This document shows, one piece after another, positions 11,272 to 23,134 of a stretch of DNA of 38,256 nt. The DNA comes from Catajapyx aquilonaris (Eukaryota). How positions within the stretch are numbered: position 1 is the first letter of the stretch; every line of letters begins with the position of its first letter. Position numbers and translations under genes: made by a program. The stretch spans positions 1-38,256 of the forward strand of contig JYFJ02003734.1 in NCBI GenBank assembly GCA_000934665.2. Direction: 5' to 3'. Below the pieces are notes generated by a model. That model worked only from the letters and a program-made list of their open reading frames with translations, did no database searches and was not told the origin of the DNA.

Positions 11272-12736
11272 TTCAAAAACTTTAGTAAGGATAATAATGA
11301 AGACTATGATAGACTACTCCTTCACGCCCATGCATGGCTTTCAAAAGGCAATAATGTCTGGAGAGGTTTATTTCTCTGTAAGAGGCTATGCTGGACTTTG
11401 GTAGGGATCATAAGGACTTCAAATTAATGAAATTCAGGGCAACCAAAGCCTTGATTTAATGATATTAGTGGCAAATTAAATGCATTAAAATAAAGAGTTA
11501 CAGGATAAACAAAAGACTCATGGATTGCAAACCAAAACACATGGTTTTATGAACAAACTTTTTTTTTGAAGGCCCATTCTCAAGCAATAATAATAATCTG
11601 TGAGGCCAATATGTGAGAAATCACAAATTAATATAATTATTGTAATCCATGTCCCTTTCTGATCATCATTTCTGATCAGTTTAGCATGCAGATTGGATGC
11701 ATGTTAAACTGAAACAGCAGATGTACTAATATGTAGCAGTTAAACTTGCCCATCTTGGATAGCCATTTCTCTTTAACTGTGCAAATGATGGGTGTCTGGA
11801 AATTATGGATTATGATCACATCAATGAATTATTATTGATGGTTATGCAAATTGAAGACAGTGCAAAACCAATCCATGCCTCAAAACAACAGTATAATATT
11901 GATGTGGTGGGATCCCCCACTTGCCAAGTATAAATATATATTCTTTAAATTAGCTGCATAAGATCAGAAAGTTATTTTGCCCTTCCCAACAGCATACTTG
12001 GTTGAATGTGTTATTAGAGAGATATATTGGCCAAAAAACAAGGACATCTCAACATTTTGAGCATTTCGCCCTTGAAAGAATGTGTAATGTTGAAAATAAT
12101 TTCTGAATGATGATTTTCATATACAAATAGGATTCAGGGCAGCCTATGCTGAAATGGGAGGATTGGAACTTGGGAAGTTGAAAACCACTGGTCTAATAAG
12201 ATAAGGCATTACCTGGAATCAGTGGAATGATGGGAGTGATCAGTGATAAGCCTTATGGAATTTTCAGGGTATGCTCCGATCACCACCTGTCACAACTCAA
12301 ATCACATAATTATCAGATCAAGGCAGTTTTCTATGCACTTCCTTGGTCATTTCCATGATAATATTCCTACATTGTTCCTGTTCTGAAATTGTCACAGCCA
12401 CTTCCTTCCTTCCTTCCCTAATTTGTATCTCCTAACTGAGCTGTCATAGGCAATAACAGCACTGCTGTCATTGGGTATGGTATAGCAAATGTCTGCCGGT
12501 AAAGGTTATTGGTTTAGGTTTATTGAGAAGAAGCCAAAGCAACTATGGCTATCTGGCTATAGAAGATTCAAAGGTGGGACAGATGGAGAGAGAAACGAAG
12601 AGGAAAAAGAAGAGAGGTAAGACTGGTATCTCTCTTACTATAGTCTGTCTCCTATCCCATCTGCAGATAAAGACCCTGCAGGTGGCATGACAAAATAATG
12701 ATTCCCTTACAACCAACGAACCAGGCACAACTCACA

Positions 12737-12759
12737 GTAATAATAATACTGGAATAATA

Positions 12760-12835
<76 letters not shown>
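12737..12835. repeat. (TAA)n microsatellite
   Basis: Seen directly. Confidence 0.95.
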
Positions 12836-12836
<1 letters not shown>

Positions 12837-12999
12837 GGTATGTATTCTTGTGTACATACGGTATGCTTGTTGGGGATGTTATATTGAAAAATGTATTGTT
12901 GGTGCTAGCCCTAAAACGTAAAAATATCAGCTTATTATTACGATGCAAAATTGATGCCATACCTGAAATGGGCTGCCTTTTTGGGCTTCTTTGCTTACC

Positions 13000-13960
13000 T
13001 TATACAATTGCACCAGTTGGGACCTGGGGAACGTCTTCTTCGTCCGAAGATGAGGGAGCCTCATCATCTGTAGGGCCCATTGGTTCAACAACCCAAACCA
13101 GGTCGAAATATTCCGACATGTCTATGTCGAAATCTTCCACCTTATGCTTAAGAAGCCCTACACTGCCATTACGACGAATAAGCTGCATCGTGTAATCTTG
13201 TAAGGAACCGGGTCTGTTGGTTCTGGTTCCATCATAGCCTGTCAAATAATTCGACAAGGTGGCCAGATGAATAGCCACACTCCTACAGAGATATATATTT
13301 ATTATTCTGATGATTGGACCTCTGCCCACAGTCTCCTCTGCCATTGACGTAATATGTACAGGGTGACCCGGGGCGACCACAAAGTTTGGACACATAGGTA
13401 ATTGTTTTGCATTGTTGGTTGAGACAACTGGCAACCCTACAACCGCCTACAACCAACAGAGCAATACAATTCGAATACAATACAATTAGGCCTGGGCTTG
13501 GCCTGGGCATACAGTCTATGTGCGCAGAGTTTAGGGCAAGCTTTAGGGCCACCCTGGTGTACAAAAAAGTCCATATAGGTTTGCCTAATATTTCTGATAT
13601 GCTGTACTAGACTAAATGAATAACTAAACCGAAAAAGTTGTCTCGATCTGGCAATCAACCTCCATCTGTCCTTATACGCCACGTGCGGGACTGTCCCATT
13701 TCAAACCAGAGCGAGATAAAATCGCGACAACAAAGGACGCGAGGTAGAGTGCTGCATGTTGGTTCTTGAAACCTGCCGACACGACGGACCTGAGGGACCT
13801 TAGCTGACCTCCACTAACCACACCGGTGTCGGTGGCAGTATACCAACCGGCCTTATGATTACTCTGCAAATTCAATATTTAAACCGGCCCTTGCTGTCTG
13901 CAAATTACGATGAGACTATGGATCTGCAGAACATCTTGTCACTGGTAATTCAAGAGTATA
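13000..13960 (-). pseudogene. Decayed intronless reading frame of unknown origin (candidate endogenous viral element)
   Basis: Four abutting or overlapping minus-strand ORFs (13875-13672, 13682-13437, 13564-13283, 13434-13000) can be linked by frameshifts into about 300 aa ending in an acidic tail. Family not recognised. Confidence 0.35.
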
Positions 13961-14979
13961 AGAATCGGCTAGAGTATGGTCACCGTTTGGGTGGGTTGTG
14001 TATGGTACCGGTATGTAAAATAATGCAAACCAAGCAAGTATAGTTGATAGCTTTTTTATTCAGTCTTGGTAATAATAATGATATTCCAAGCAATAAATTA
14101 CAAAAATTAATGGCCTGTTTTGGATTTACCATCTGTCATGCAAACCATCCCCTGGCTAATGTAACAGCTAATGTCATATGCTTGCAAAGGTGGGAGGGAA
14201 GGTAAATAAGGGACGGTAAATGTAGCCTATAAGAGTAGCAGCTAGATATTGTTGTCAAAGGTTATGCCACTTTGGAAGGGACAATCAGGCCCAGTCAAGC
14301 CATTATGCATTATTATACCAGGAGGCCAACCATTTACAGATTAAACGAAAGCAAAAACAGGCACACAGGTCCACACACAGGCACCCTTGAAGGGGTCTAA
14401 CACTATAGTGTAGTTCCAGTGTTCCATATCTGCCAATCAGCATGGGCCACTTTGTTCCTTGTGACCATGTAATTGGAAGTTTCAAAGGACTAGAACTATG
14501 ATGATTACTTTGGGCTGTACCAAAAATTGCATTGTAGCAGCAACATTTTCTTTTTAAGAGTCACAAGCTGTGATGTATATTAATAACATTTAGCCAGTAC
14601 AACTGATAACTCTGCCAACACTGGGTGCTTTTGTTTGTTTGTGAGGTTATTCATAAATGTGTGCACAATTCTTTATTTGATTGATGGGATATATTGTATA
14701 GACTTTCAAAATGAGCTGGCAGTAGTTGCAAGTATAATTACATTTTCCCTCCCTTCATCGTAGGTGACTAGTTTTATTTCCCTTAACAAGTGACTTTACT
14801 GGTACTTACTTAACGGACGTTTCTACTGATCCAGATTTACGTACTGTACAATATGAAAATAAACACATGCTACTTGAAATATGAATGATCAATAGTCAAA
14901 CCTCCCAGCCTCCCATTCATGTCTCCCGCCGCCAACTACACTAACACACCTCTGTTCTGGCAACCTTGAATAGTTAGTG

Positions 14980-15420
14980 GGTCACGGTGGGTCATTATCT
15001 GGTCACAATAACGTCATGAAAATAAAAACTACCAATGAGGACGGTTTATTATGAATTTATGAATGAATTTTAATAAATATATAATACAAGCAAGTGTTTC
15101 GGGCAGATTTCGCCTTGACGTTATGCCACCCGTGCGCACCCATGTCACCCGTTAATTTCAAGACTATAAAATTTAGGCACACATATAAATATAAAACGCC
15201 AGCAATACTTTTAGCAATGTTTTAACATAATTTTATTTTAGAATTTTTATTTCCATCGTACTTGTACCAAAATGAGTACACCTTGTGTGATATACCTTGA
15301 ACAAAACGTTTAGAAACGTCGCAGGTAGTTCGTATCGAAACGTTTGCAGGTCGCAATCTGCCACCAGCGGTGTCGTCATCAACTGCCAATAGAATGAACA
15401 CTTTTACCCCACGTGATTTT
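14980..15420 (+). promoter_or_regulatory. Putative CREBZF promoter region
   Basis: ACGTCA (~15011), CCAAT (~15032, ~15386), TGACGTTA (~15116), TATATAAATATAAAA (~15184), CCACGTGA (~15409); locally CpG-rich. Confidence 0.45.
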
Positions 15421-15519
15421 CAGGGGGCCAGTAAGGATGCGAGAAGAAGCCGAGACTCCGGAAGAAAGGGAGCAGACCTCAACCACACTCACGGGCGGAC
15501 GGTTGGCTCTTGGCTGTGA
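15394..15519 (+). other. Candidate uORF (41 aa) in the CREBZF leader
   Basis: ATG 15394 to TGA 15519: MNTFTPRDFQGASKDARRSRDSGRKGADLNHTHGRTVGSWL. An overlapping ATG-initiated ORF runs 15437-15595. Both depend on TSS position. Confidence 0.4.
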
Positions 15520-15718
15520 CCCCACTCCCAGGACCCAGATCCAAACCTGCAGCTGCAGGGACCTACCAAAATTTGGTAAGCCTCCAATCCAGTGATCCTT
15601 CCCAGACTCGCAATCTTGCTTGAACCGAGTTTTGCCAGGTAGTTTCAAACAGAAATAAGTAACACCACATATTTGAGTAAGTACTTTAAACAAGCTTCCC
15701 TTTTGAAATTAAATGTGA

Positions 15719-16738
15719 ATGATGGACAGTGGTTTGTTGCATGACTCGGAGCTTGCTGAGAATACTTACCTCTCTTTCATGGAAAGTGAGTTCGATAAGG
15801 CGTGGGAAGCAAACCTTGAAAGGGAGGAAGGCCTGTGCGAGACCCGCAACCTGTATGGTAGTCCCGATTCGGGTGTGGGTACTGGGAGTCCACCGGAGAG
15901 CGTGAGTGTTGGTGCTTGGTCGCCCTTGGTCCCGTCGCCAGAGTTCATGGAAGGGCATCTGTTCACTGATGATGACTATGCAATTAGTGAACATGGGTTT
16001 GACGGTGGACTGCCCGTTACGTTCTTAGAGGAGTCGTCAATGTCGCCAGGAGATGGTAGCGAGATACCTATGCTGCCAGGTGACTTGCTGAAAGTGGAAA
16101 GTATGGAGCTGTGTGAGATGTCGACTGTGCTGGTTTCAGAGGAAACTGTACCCGAGCCTACTGTTGCAGTGTTGAAGCCAATTGCCGATCACAACATATA
16201 TTGCTCTGTTACAACCCCTGCAGTAACCCGGAGGCGGAAGAGGCCACAGTCTGAGGTGAGTGAAGCCAGCGATGACAGTTACATTTCCACGAAGTCAGTT
16301 CCCAAGAAGAGGAAATATGAGGCCGAACCAAGCAACAATCCTGCTGAGGAGAAGAGTCGCCGTAATGCAATCATTGCAAAGCAGAACCGAGAAAAGAAGA
16401 AGCAGCAGATAACCAGCCTAGAGGAGAAAGTGTGCAAACTGACAAAGGAGAACATTAGAGTAGTCGCTGAGAACAAGGAACTCAATGCTGTCTTGCGAAA
16501 GAAGGAGGAGGAAATTGTGTACTTGAAGCGAGTGATTTCCAACTCTGCTTCCCTGGGCCAGCTTCTTCAGCAACTTCAGAACGTCAAGGGTGTCAAGCTG
16601 ACCACCAGCTTTGTCTCGAAGGAAGAAAGTGACAAGATGCCTCCTGCAGGCCTGTGCATCCATGTCGTAGGTAGCCAAGCGTCCATCGAGTTTTGTGCTG
16701 ATTGTGCTCAGAAAGCATCCCGTAAAGATGCCCTGTAA
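15719..16738 (+). CDS. CREBZF: CREB/ATF bZIP transcription factor (Zhangfei-like), single coding exon, 339 aa
   Basis: Acidic N-terminus; basic region SRRNAIIAKQNREKKK; zipper LEEKVCKLTKENIRVVAENKEL; C-terminal GLCIHVVGSQASIEFCADCA matches the CREBZF-specific GVCLHV...VSVEFCxxCA motif. Confidence 0.88.
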   Translation: MMDSGLLHDSELAENTYLSFMESEFDKAWEANLEREEGLCETRNLYGSPDSGVGTGSPPESVSVGAWSPLVPSPEFMEGHLFTDDDYAISEHGFDGGLPVTFLEESSMSPGDGSEIPMLPGDLLKVESMELCEMSTVLVSEETVPEPTVAVLKPIADHNIYCSVTTPAVTRRRKRPQSEVSEASDDSYISTKSVPKKRKYEAEPSNNPAEEKSRRNAIIAKQNREKKKQQITSLEEKVCKLTKENIRVVAENKELNAVLRKKEEEIVYLKRVISNSASLGQLLQQLQNVKGVKLTTSFVSKEESDKMPPAGLCIHVVGSQASIEFCADCAQKASRKDAL

Positions 16739-19704
16739 CTAGTGGAACCGCACTCGTGGGGAAACAGTGAACCTTAGACAAGACCAAATCTAATGCCCAA
16801 AGTTTTTGTTCTGTTCCAGGTATTTGCACATCTACTATATCTTGCAGTGTTTGGTGCCCAGCATCATCCGTCAGGAGTCATCCGCCATCTTCAGTGACAT
16901 TATAGAAGTTTGGAGATTGCATAATCACTTAAACAAATATTGGAGCTGATGGCCTTAAATACTTGCAAACTGATGGTGAACCACTCGTCTATGTCAAGGG
17001 GATTGAGGCCTGCTTCTATGGTAAGGACCTGGAGCGAATTGGTTCTCTGCCATCTTTCACACTTGTATCCAAACTTTTCCTGTCACCCTCTTCATTTTTC
17101 TCCCCACCCTCCCAGGCGGTAAGATTAACATTTGAAGTCTGTTGTAGAGTTACTTGTGTAAGCACCTAACATTGTAATGGGAAAGCCAGAGTGATTGCAA
17201 TTGTAGATACACATGTGATCTGTTCCAAGTTTTTCAAGCATTCACTTTGGTCTCTCTTACATACTTAAGCATAAGATGCACAATGAGCTTAGTAGAAGGA
17301 ATCAATGTATTACAACAATTCCTTCTGTTACGTTCTTGTCTTTACAAAATATTGTGTACTATTTAGCAACTTTGTACATAGGTTGGAGCATGGAGCCAAC
17401 AACTTGCTCTGCAACCAACTGGGACAGTTGTTTGGAAGAGGAGCACGTTAGACAGTGAAAAGAAGTGCAGGGATCATTTTTTATGACAAACCACTTATGC
17501 TTGTGTCAGCTCGAGTTTCCATTGATTTTAAAAGGTGTACATCAATGTGTAACAGTTTGAATGGTATCGTGCCTGTTTTGGCAACTTGACAATTGGGTCA
17601 TGATGATATAATGTGCAGGGACACGTGAGGGTTACAACGAATGGAGAAAAAATATATATGCCCCAGTGGGGAACTACATGCATTTATGTTAATCACAGTT
17701 GGTAAAAAAGTTTTTGTTATGTTTTATTTTAAAATTATTACACTGACCTTGCATCCACTGGTCATACTTGACAAAATTCAGTTATAAATCATGTCTTGTG
17801 ATCATGCATGCAACGTAGTGAATGAGAACCATGATTTCCCCTACATTTCAGGGGCAAATTACAGTTTACTCCGCACTTCACTGATTTTTCCAGTTGCAAA
17901 GTATTTTGAAAACTAATTCCATGTGCAACCATTACCTCTAATCTAGCTTGAAATGCCAGCCTGGAAAAAAAATCAGCAGTTTTTGAAAATCTGCATTGTA
18001 GGCCTGTTTTATCAACACTAAAGGGAAAAACCTCTGATTATGTATAGAAATTCGCATTTGATTTTCCCTTCCTTTGTATTGATACAATGAGCCTTACATC
18101 TGTCTTGCTTCCACCTGTTATGTTCATGCTGCTCCCTTAGCTCTGGATATTTTGATGTAGGGGCAATAGTATGAATTATCTTGTACATTAGCTCAGAAAA
18201 CTGGTGAGTGTGGAATAGGTGGATGCTATTTTGGGAGTCTTCCTTTTTACTTGCACTTGTATACACCAAGTATCACTACTGTGGGATTTTTTTTTTGAAC
18301 AACAACAAACAAACGAAAGTATATTCACAAATGTAATATCTAAAAAGTAATGGCACTGTGTACTCATTCCATTTTTTACAAATCAGTGTTAAAATCAAAT
18401 TTCATATTCTTTGGAAGGTTGACTAATGCAGTGCTTCCCAAGCAAAGATGCTGACCATGTTACATTTTTAACATCCCAGTGATTCACAGATGTTGCCCAC
18501 TTTTTTAGGTTGACTGTCTCCGGAATTTGCTGAACATATTTTAATTGAATTGTTTTCCTGAGAACAGCCCGTGCACCCTTAATAAAATGCCCAATCCTCC
18601 ATTGGGCTGCAGTCCTAATTTTGGGAAACGCTGCATTAGTATTGTACCTGAAAACCATTCTTAGAAAAGGTTGTGTGATGTACTGTGTGGGAAATTTACT
18701 TGTATGATTTATTTATGACAGTTTATTGTTTTAATGACATTTGTATTAAATTCAGAATGTATTAAAACTCAAAGTTGCATTTTGATAACTAATTGTGTCG
18801 CTTGTTACTTTCCAATATTACTTGATCCACATGCAGGAAGTGTTTCTGTGGAACTAAGGAACAGTTGGGCTTGAATATATTAGTGTCACCTCATGGTATG
18901 ACCAGGTGACATTGGCACTATCCATGTGCTACTTTGCTAGAACATAGCCTGTAGGGTATTTCTTGAACAGGGCAGAGGAGGAAGGCAGATGTCTTTTTGC
19001 AGTGTCAAGGTCATCTTGAGAGTACCTAATTGATCCGGTAAGGCAGTACCATAGAATATTAAATTGATTTGACAGTTGTCCTAGAGGTCACAAAATAAAA
19101 TATACGGGCAAATAGTCAATATTTTGATTAAATATCCCACCCTGGATTGATTTTGTCACTGAACCATAATTTATCAGAGATTATGCCTAACAATGTCGCT
19201 GTCAGAACTCAGAAGTAAAATCAGATCTGTAAGTAAGACCGTAGTATAGCACTTCAACAATTAATTTTTCCTACTTGTGACTTTTTTTTATATTTGCCCT
19301 AACTCAAGTTCTGCTGTAGGTAGAGCTTCCAAATTTTGAACACAGATACCCACGGTCGTGAAGTGCATGGAGTGACACAGTTGCATTCCAATTGGCCTCT
19401 CTCAACATTCTCGTAGTCCACCTTCAGCAATCCTAAGCATTATATGCATTATTTAATGGGGCTTCGGCCACAGTCACTGGGAACAATTTTCCCCAAATTT
19501 GGCAATTTTGGTGAATTATCCACCCAAAATGTTTTCAATCAATTTGCCTGCATTAGTTTAATGTGAGTGGTGGTATTGGTAAATGCAGACATGTGAGGAA
19601 AACCAACACCCTGAAGAATATCTGGACTGATATACACTTTACTCCCAATTATCCGGGTGCGGATTATCCATGCATCGCCAAAAAAATAAAATTTAAAATT
19701 AAAT

Positions 19705-19931
19705 GGCTGAATTTTCGTTCCACTGCTAGTTACTGCCAACTTAGCAGTAATCATCCCCAACACTGGTACTGCTAAAATTAGCAGTAACTAGCAGAGGGAC
19801 GAAAATTCAACCCAAAGTCCCTCAGAAAGTTTCGAATTTTCGTCCCACTGCTAGACACTGCTAAATATTAGCAGTACTACCAGTACGAACACTGGTACTG
19901 CTAAGTTAGCAGTGGGACGAAAATTCCACCC
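19705..19931. mobile_element. Two tandem copies of a ~110-bp hairpin MITE (GGGTGGAATTTTCGTC family)
   Basis: 19705-19813 and ~19834-19931 are each self-complementary; third copy at 25564-25672. Confidence 0.75.
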
Positions 19932-20820
19932 ACTGTCAATATGTCTTGCCACTGAAGAAATGTAAGACTTTTTCTAGAAGACAAAGTAAAAATTTATGGT
20001 AAGTTTTATTATTTTGATTCAAACAAGCAGCATGCTCTCTACAGAGTGAAGGGAAACTCGCATACAATCGCCAGGTAAACTTATAGTACTTGCAAAACTA
20101 ATATACGAATGTGCAATTAGTTTTGGGCTCCGTTGCATAGTTAATGCGTACGGCGCCATCAAAGTTTCGTGACATCACATCCGTTCCGCCAGCTTCTAAG
20201 ATGCAAAAGTCAGTTCGAGGGCCTGTATAGTCTATACAATAGTACATCAAAAACCTGTGAATAGCTCAATTTTTACAATGTCTAGGACCGTTTTCCGATT
20301 ATACGGTAACACCCGTGCAGTCATTAGCCCGGATAATCAGGAGTAGAGTGTATAATAATTCTATGTTATTTTGGATTATTTGCAAATATGAATTCCCAGG
20401 AGGATCTTGTAAACCTGACTTTTTAGCAGAGTGGAAGCTTATTGTTTGGTTAGACATAGTGACGAATTGGCATGGATAGCAGTTCATTGTGCTGGATCGG
20501 AGTTTGCTAGTGGTGAAGGGCTGAAGAGGAGAAATACTCATTCTTCCAGAGTGCCTACTAGTGATTCTTGGTGCCCCCTTCTTCATTGATGGGGCTGTGA
20601 TAATTTATTTTCATATCTTTCTGCAGGCAATAAGTGTAGGTAGTTAAAAATTAAATTGCACCAATCACATTTGGCATCCAAATTGAAGTACTTTGCAGTA
20701 TACTTCAGCTGCCTTAACAGTTCAAATGCATAATGCAGTGCATACATTTTCAACTAGCATTTACTACTACAATTTTCTCTTTGTATTATGCCATGGGAAA
20801 ACAATAATAATTTAACTTAA

Positions 20821-21085
20821 GGCATGGCAGTCAAGTGGTTACGCCACTGGCTAGCCAAGCGGGGGGCTGGGGTTCAAATCCCGTCCCCGTCACCTCTGCT
20901 TGGCCGGGTCTTTTTCCGCTTTTCACCCGACATGCCGGGGCAGCATTGCACTCCCTTAGCTGCCCGGGGTCAGAGAAAAGGTCTGGTGTATCTGAGAGAG
21001 TCGTGAGTGACTATAAACCGAGGATGCCCCCCCTTGGGAACCTTCCCTTCCCCCCAAAACGAGCCGAATGGCTCGAGCACGGGGT
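20821..21085 (+). mobile_element. tRNA-derived SINE
   Basis: A-box-like TGGCAGTCAAGTGG and B-box GGTTCAAATCC; 21-bp TSD AACAATAATAATTTAACTTAA (20800-20820, 21086-21106). Confidence 0.88.
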
Positions 21086-21643
21086 AACAATAATAATTTA
21101 ACTTAAATTTTACTTCCACTGTCATTCACCAAAATACACAGTAATGTCAGCAATGAGAATTGCAATATTTATTTTTAATTTATTTATTTATGTAACCCTG
21201 TTATGGGGCAGCGCCCCTTTAGGGGGGTAATTGCAATAAAAATTAGTTTGACACATAAATTATACCTTACCCTTTTAGTCACCCTACCACATCAGTGCTG
21301 TCACAGGCTCTTCATATAATTATCATCATGGGTTCCATCACCACTTTGCCCATGCATATTCACCGGCTGACAAATCTCCCGCCATGCATATTATTTTGCT
21401 GCACACAAGGCTGTATACTACTATGTTTCAGGTATCGTTTCTAGATCAGTAATCAAAAGTGGCAGCTTGTAATAATACAGAAAGGGGCATCTATGAACAC
21501 TGACCATTGCAAATGAGTACAGATGGACAAGTAAAAAATAATATGTTGCTTGTGGTACGCCCGTTCTAAGGCAAGTTTGCATCAGGTGAATTGGTATGAC
21601 ACCAACATCCTGGGATCGTACTTTGCAACCTTATGTCACAGAG

Positions 21644-21893
21644 GCTCAGCCAGCCCCCAGTCCAGTATATTGCTACCCCCATGAGCTTAGCTAAACTCCC
21701 CCACCGAGGGGGATTGGCCACGGTCGGCGCTCGAGTCAACTGCCTAGTTGGTCACACCTTACCTATAGTGGGGAAATTCTAGGCCATCTAGGCAGTTCGC
21801 AGTTGATGCTAGCACCGACCGTGGCCAATCCCCCTTGGTGGGGGAGATCAGGTAAGCTCAGGCGAAAAGAGGGCCAGTGAGCAGGGGCTGAGC
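21644..21893. mobile_element. Degenerate foldback MITE
   Basis: ctcccccaccgagggggattggccacggtcgg pairs with ccgaccgtggccaatcccccttggtgggggag; outer arms are imperfect. Confidence 0.6.
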
Positions 21894-22534
21894 TCAGCAG
21901 TCATGCGTTTTCTCTCTCCTTAGGCTCTCATCTATCAAAAATTTTTCCTGAGGTGGCAAAACTAGCAAAGATCACTCACATTGTCAGTGCAAGGTCTGGA
22001 AGGATGCTGAAGATATCCCACTCTCTGAAATGCTCAAGAATGCTAGAAATGTGCATATAAGGCCTGCAGCATGCAGTCATCTTCTTGTACATCTTTCTGG
22101 AAGAGTACAAATGGGACATCTCTGAGCATCCTTCTTATTAATACAAGTAGTTCAAAAACGTTCTAAAATTTTATTATTGCATTTTCAGATCTTTCAGTGT
22201 GGGTTTACAGACATAATTATCACCACAGAAAATCTTCGATCTTACTCCAGCTGGCAGTATCAATCGCAAGGCATATCTGTAAGTAGGCGGCAACAATATT
22301 TCAGCATATGCATAGCTACAGGGTGCTACACTGCCTAGTTCCACAGTATAACAAAAGGCTAAGATGACATTGATTGCTTATAGCCCACAACCAGTTTAAA
22401 ACTAACAGTAAGTAACAATACCAACAAGTGATCATTGTTGCTTCTAATATGTTGATTTCAAAAAAATGGGTTGCTGGGATAAACAATATACTTCTTCCCC
22501 TAGCCACATCTTGGGCTGTGGATACCGCCATGTA

Positions 22535-22622
22535 CTATGAGCGCCAAAAGAATTGACCGGAGTTGATGGGTATATAGCGCCATATACCCATCAACTCCTG
22601 TCAATTCTTTTGGCGCCCATAG
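22535..22622. mobile_element. 88-bp hairpin MITE with TA TSD
   Basis: TA|CTATGAGCGCCAAAAGAATTGAC...GTCAATTCTTTTGGCGCCCATAG|TA, nearly perfect palindrome. Confidence 0.8.
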
Positions 22623-22814
22623 TACACAAGCACAGCACCCGAAAGTTCTGTGGCTCAATACTGATTGTCGAAAAAGTACATCAAAAACCAGGTGGCACGC
22701 ACAATACAAAGTTTATTAAGAACGGATTGCAGCTTGAAAAACTGACTTCATATCAAGCCAACTACAACAACAACAATGGGTAGTGCAGACCTCTCTTGAG
22801 GTAATACATGGTCC

Positions 22815-23134
22815 TTGATTTATTTTGCAACTTTACATACAGTGTGTTTCGTGGCAACACCCTGGTCCATGGTGTACTATAAGTGAGGAGTGGTGAGGAG
22901 GGGGAGGTTCCCAAGGGAGGGCGCTGTTATAGTTTCTAGTCATTTCGGACCCTCTTAAATACCAGACCTTTTCTCTTGGCCCTGGGCAGAGAAGGGAGTG
23001 CAAGTCTGCCTGGACACGTCGGGTGAAAAGCGGAAAAAGACCCGACCAAGTGAAGGCGACGGGGATGGGATTTGAACCCCGGACCTCTCGCTTGGCTGGC
23101 CAGTAGCATAGCCACTAGACCACCGTGCCCCCCA
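22815..23134 (-). mobile_element. tRNA-derived SINE, same head and body as 20821-21085, different tail
   Basis: Reverse strand: GGTGGTCTAGTGG (A box), GGTTCAAATCC (B box), shared core GGGTCTTTTTCCGCTTTTCACCCGAC...GAGAAAAGGTCTGGT. 3' limit approximate. Confidence 0.82.

Noticed and set aside
12652..12960. Poly-Tyr ORF
   Set aside because: Translation of the (TAA)n microsatellite.
16184..16204. Possible HCF-1-binding motif (DHNIY) in CREBZF
   Set aside because: The consensus is (D/E)HxY; spacing is off by one.
20299..20620. Minus-strand Ser/Lys-rich exon-like segment (acceptor cctgcag), possible last exon of the TRAIP-like pseudogene
   Set aside because: No recognisable motif and it needs a frameshift; too weak to annotate.
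20821..20900. tRNA gene
   Set aside because: A and B boxes are present but there is no acceptor-stem closure; it continues into a shared body with a TSD, so it is a SINE head.
21924..22060. FPEVAKLAKI, similar to the hAT dimerisation domain
   Set aside because: Short match with no following S..ERxFS motif.
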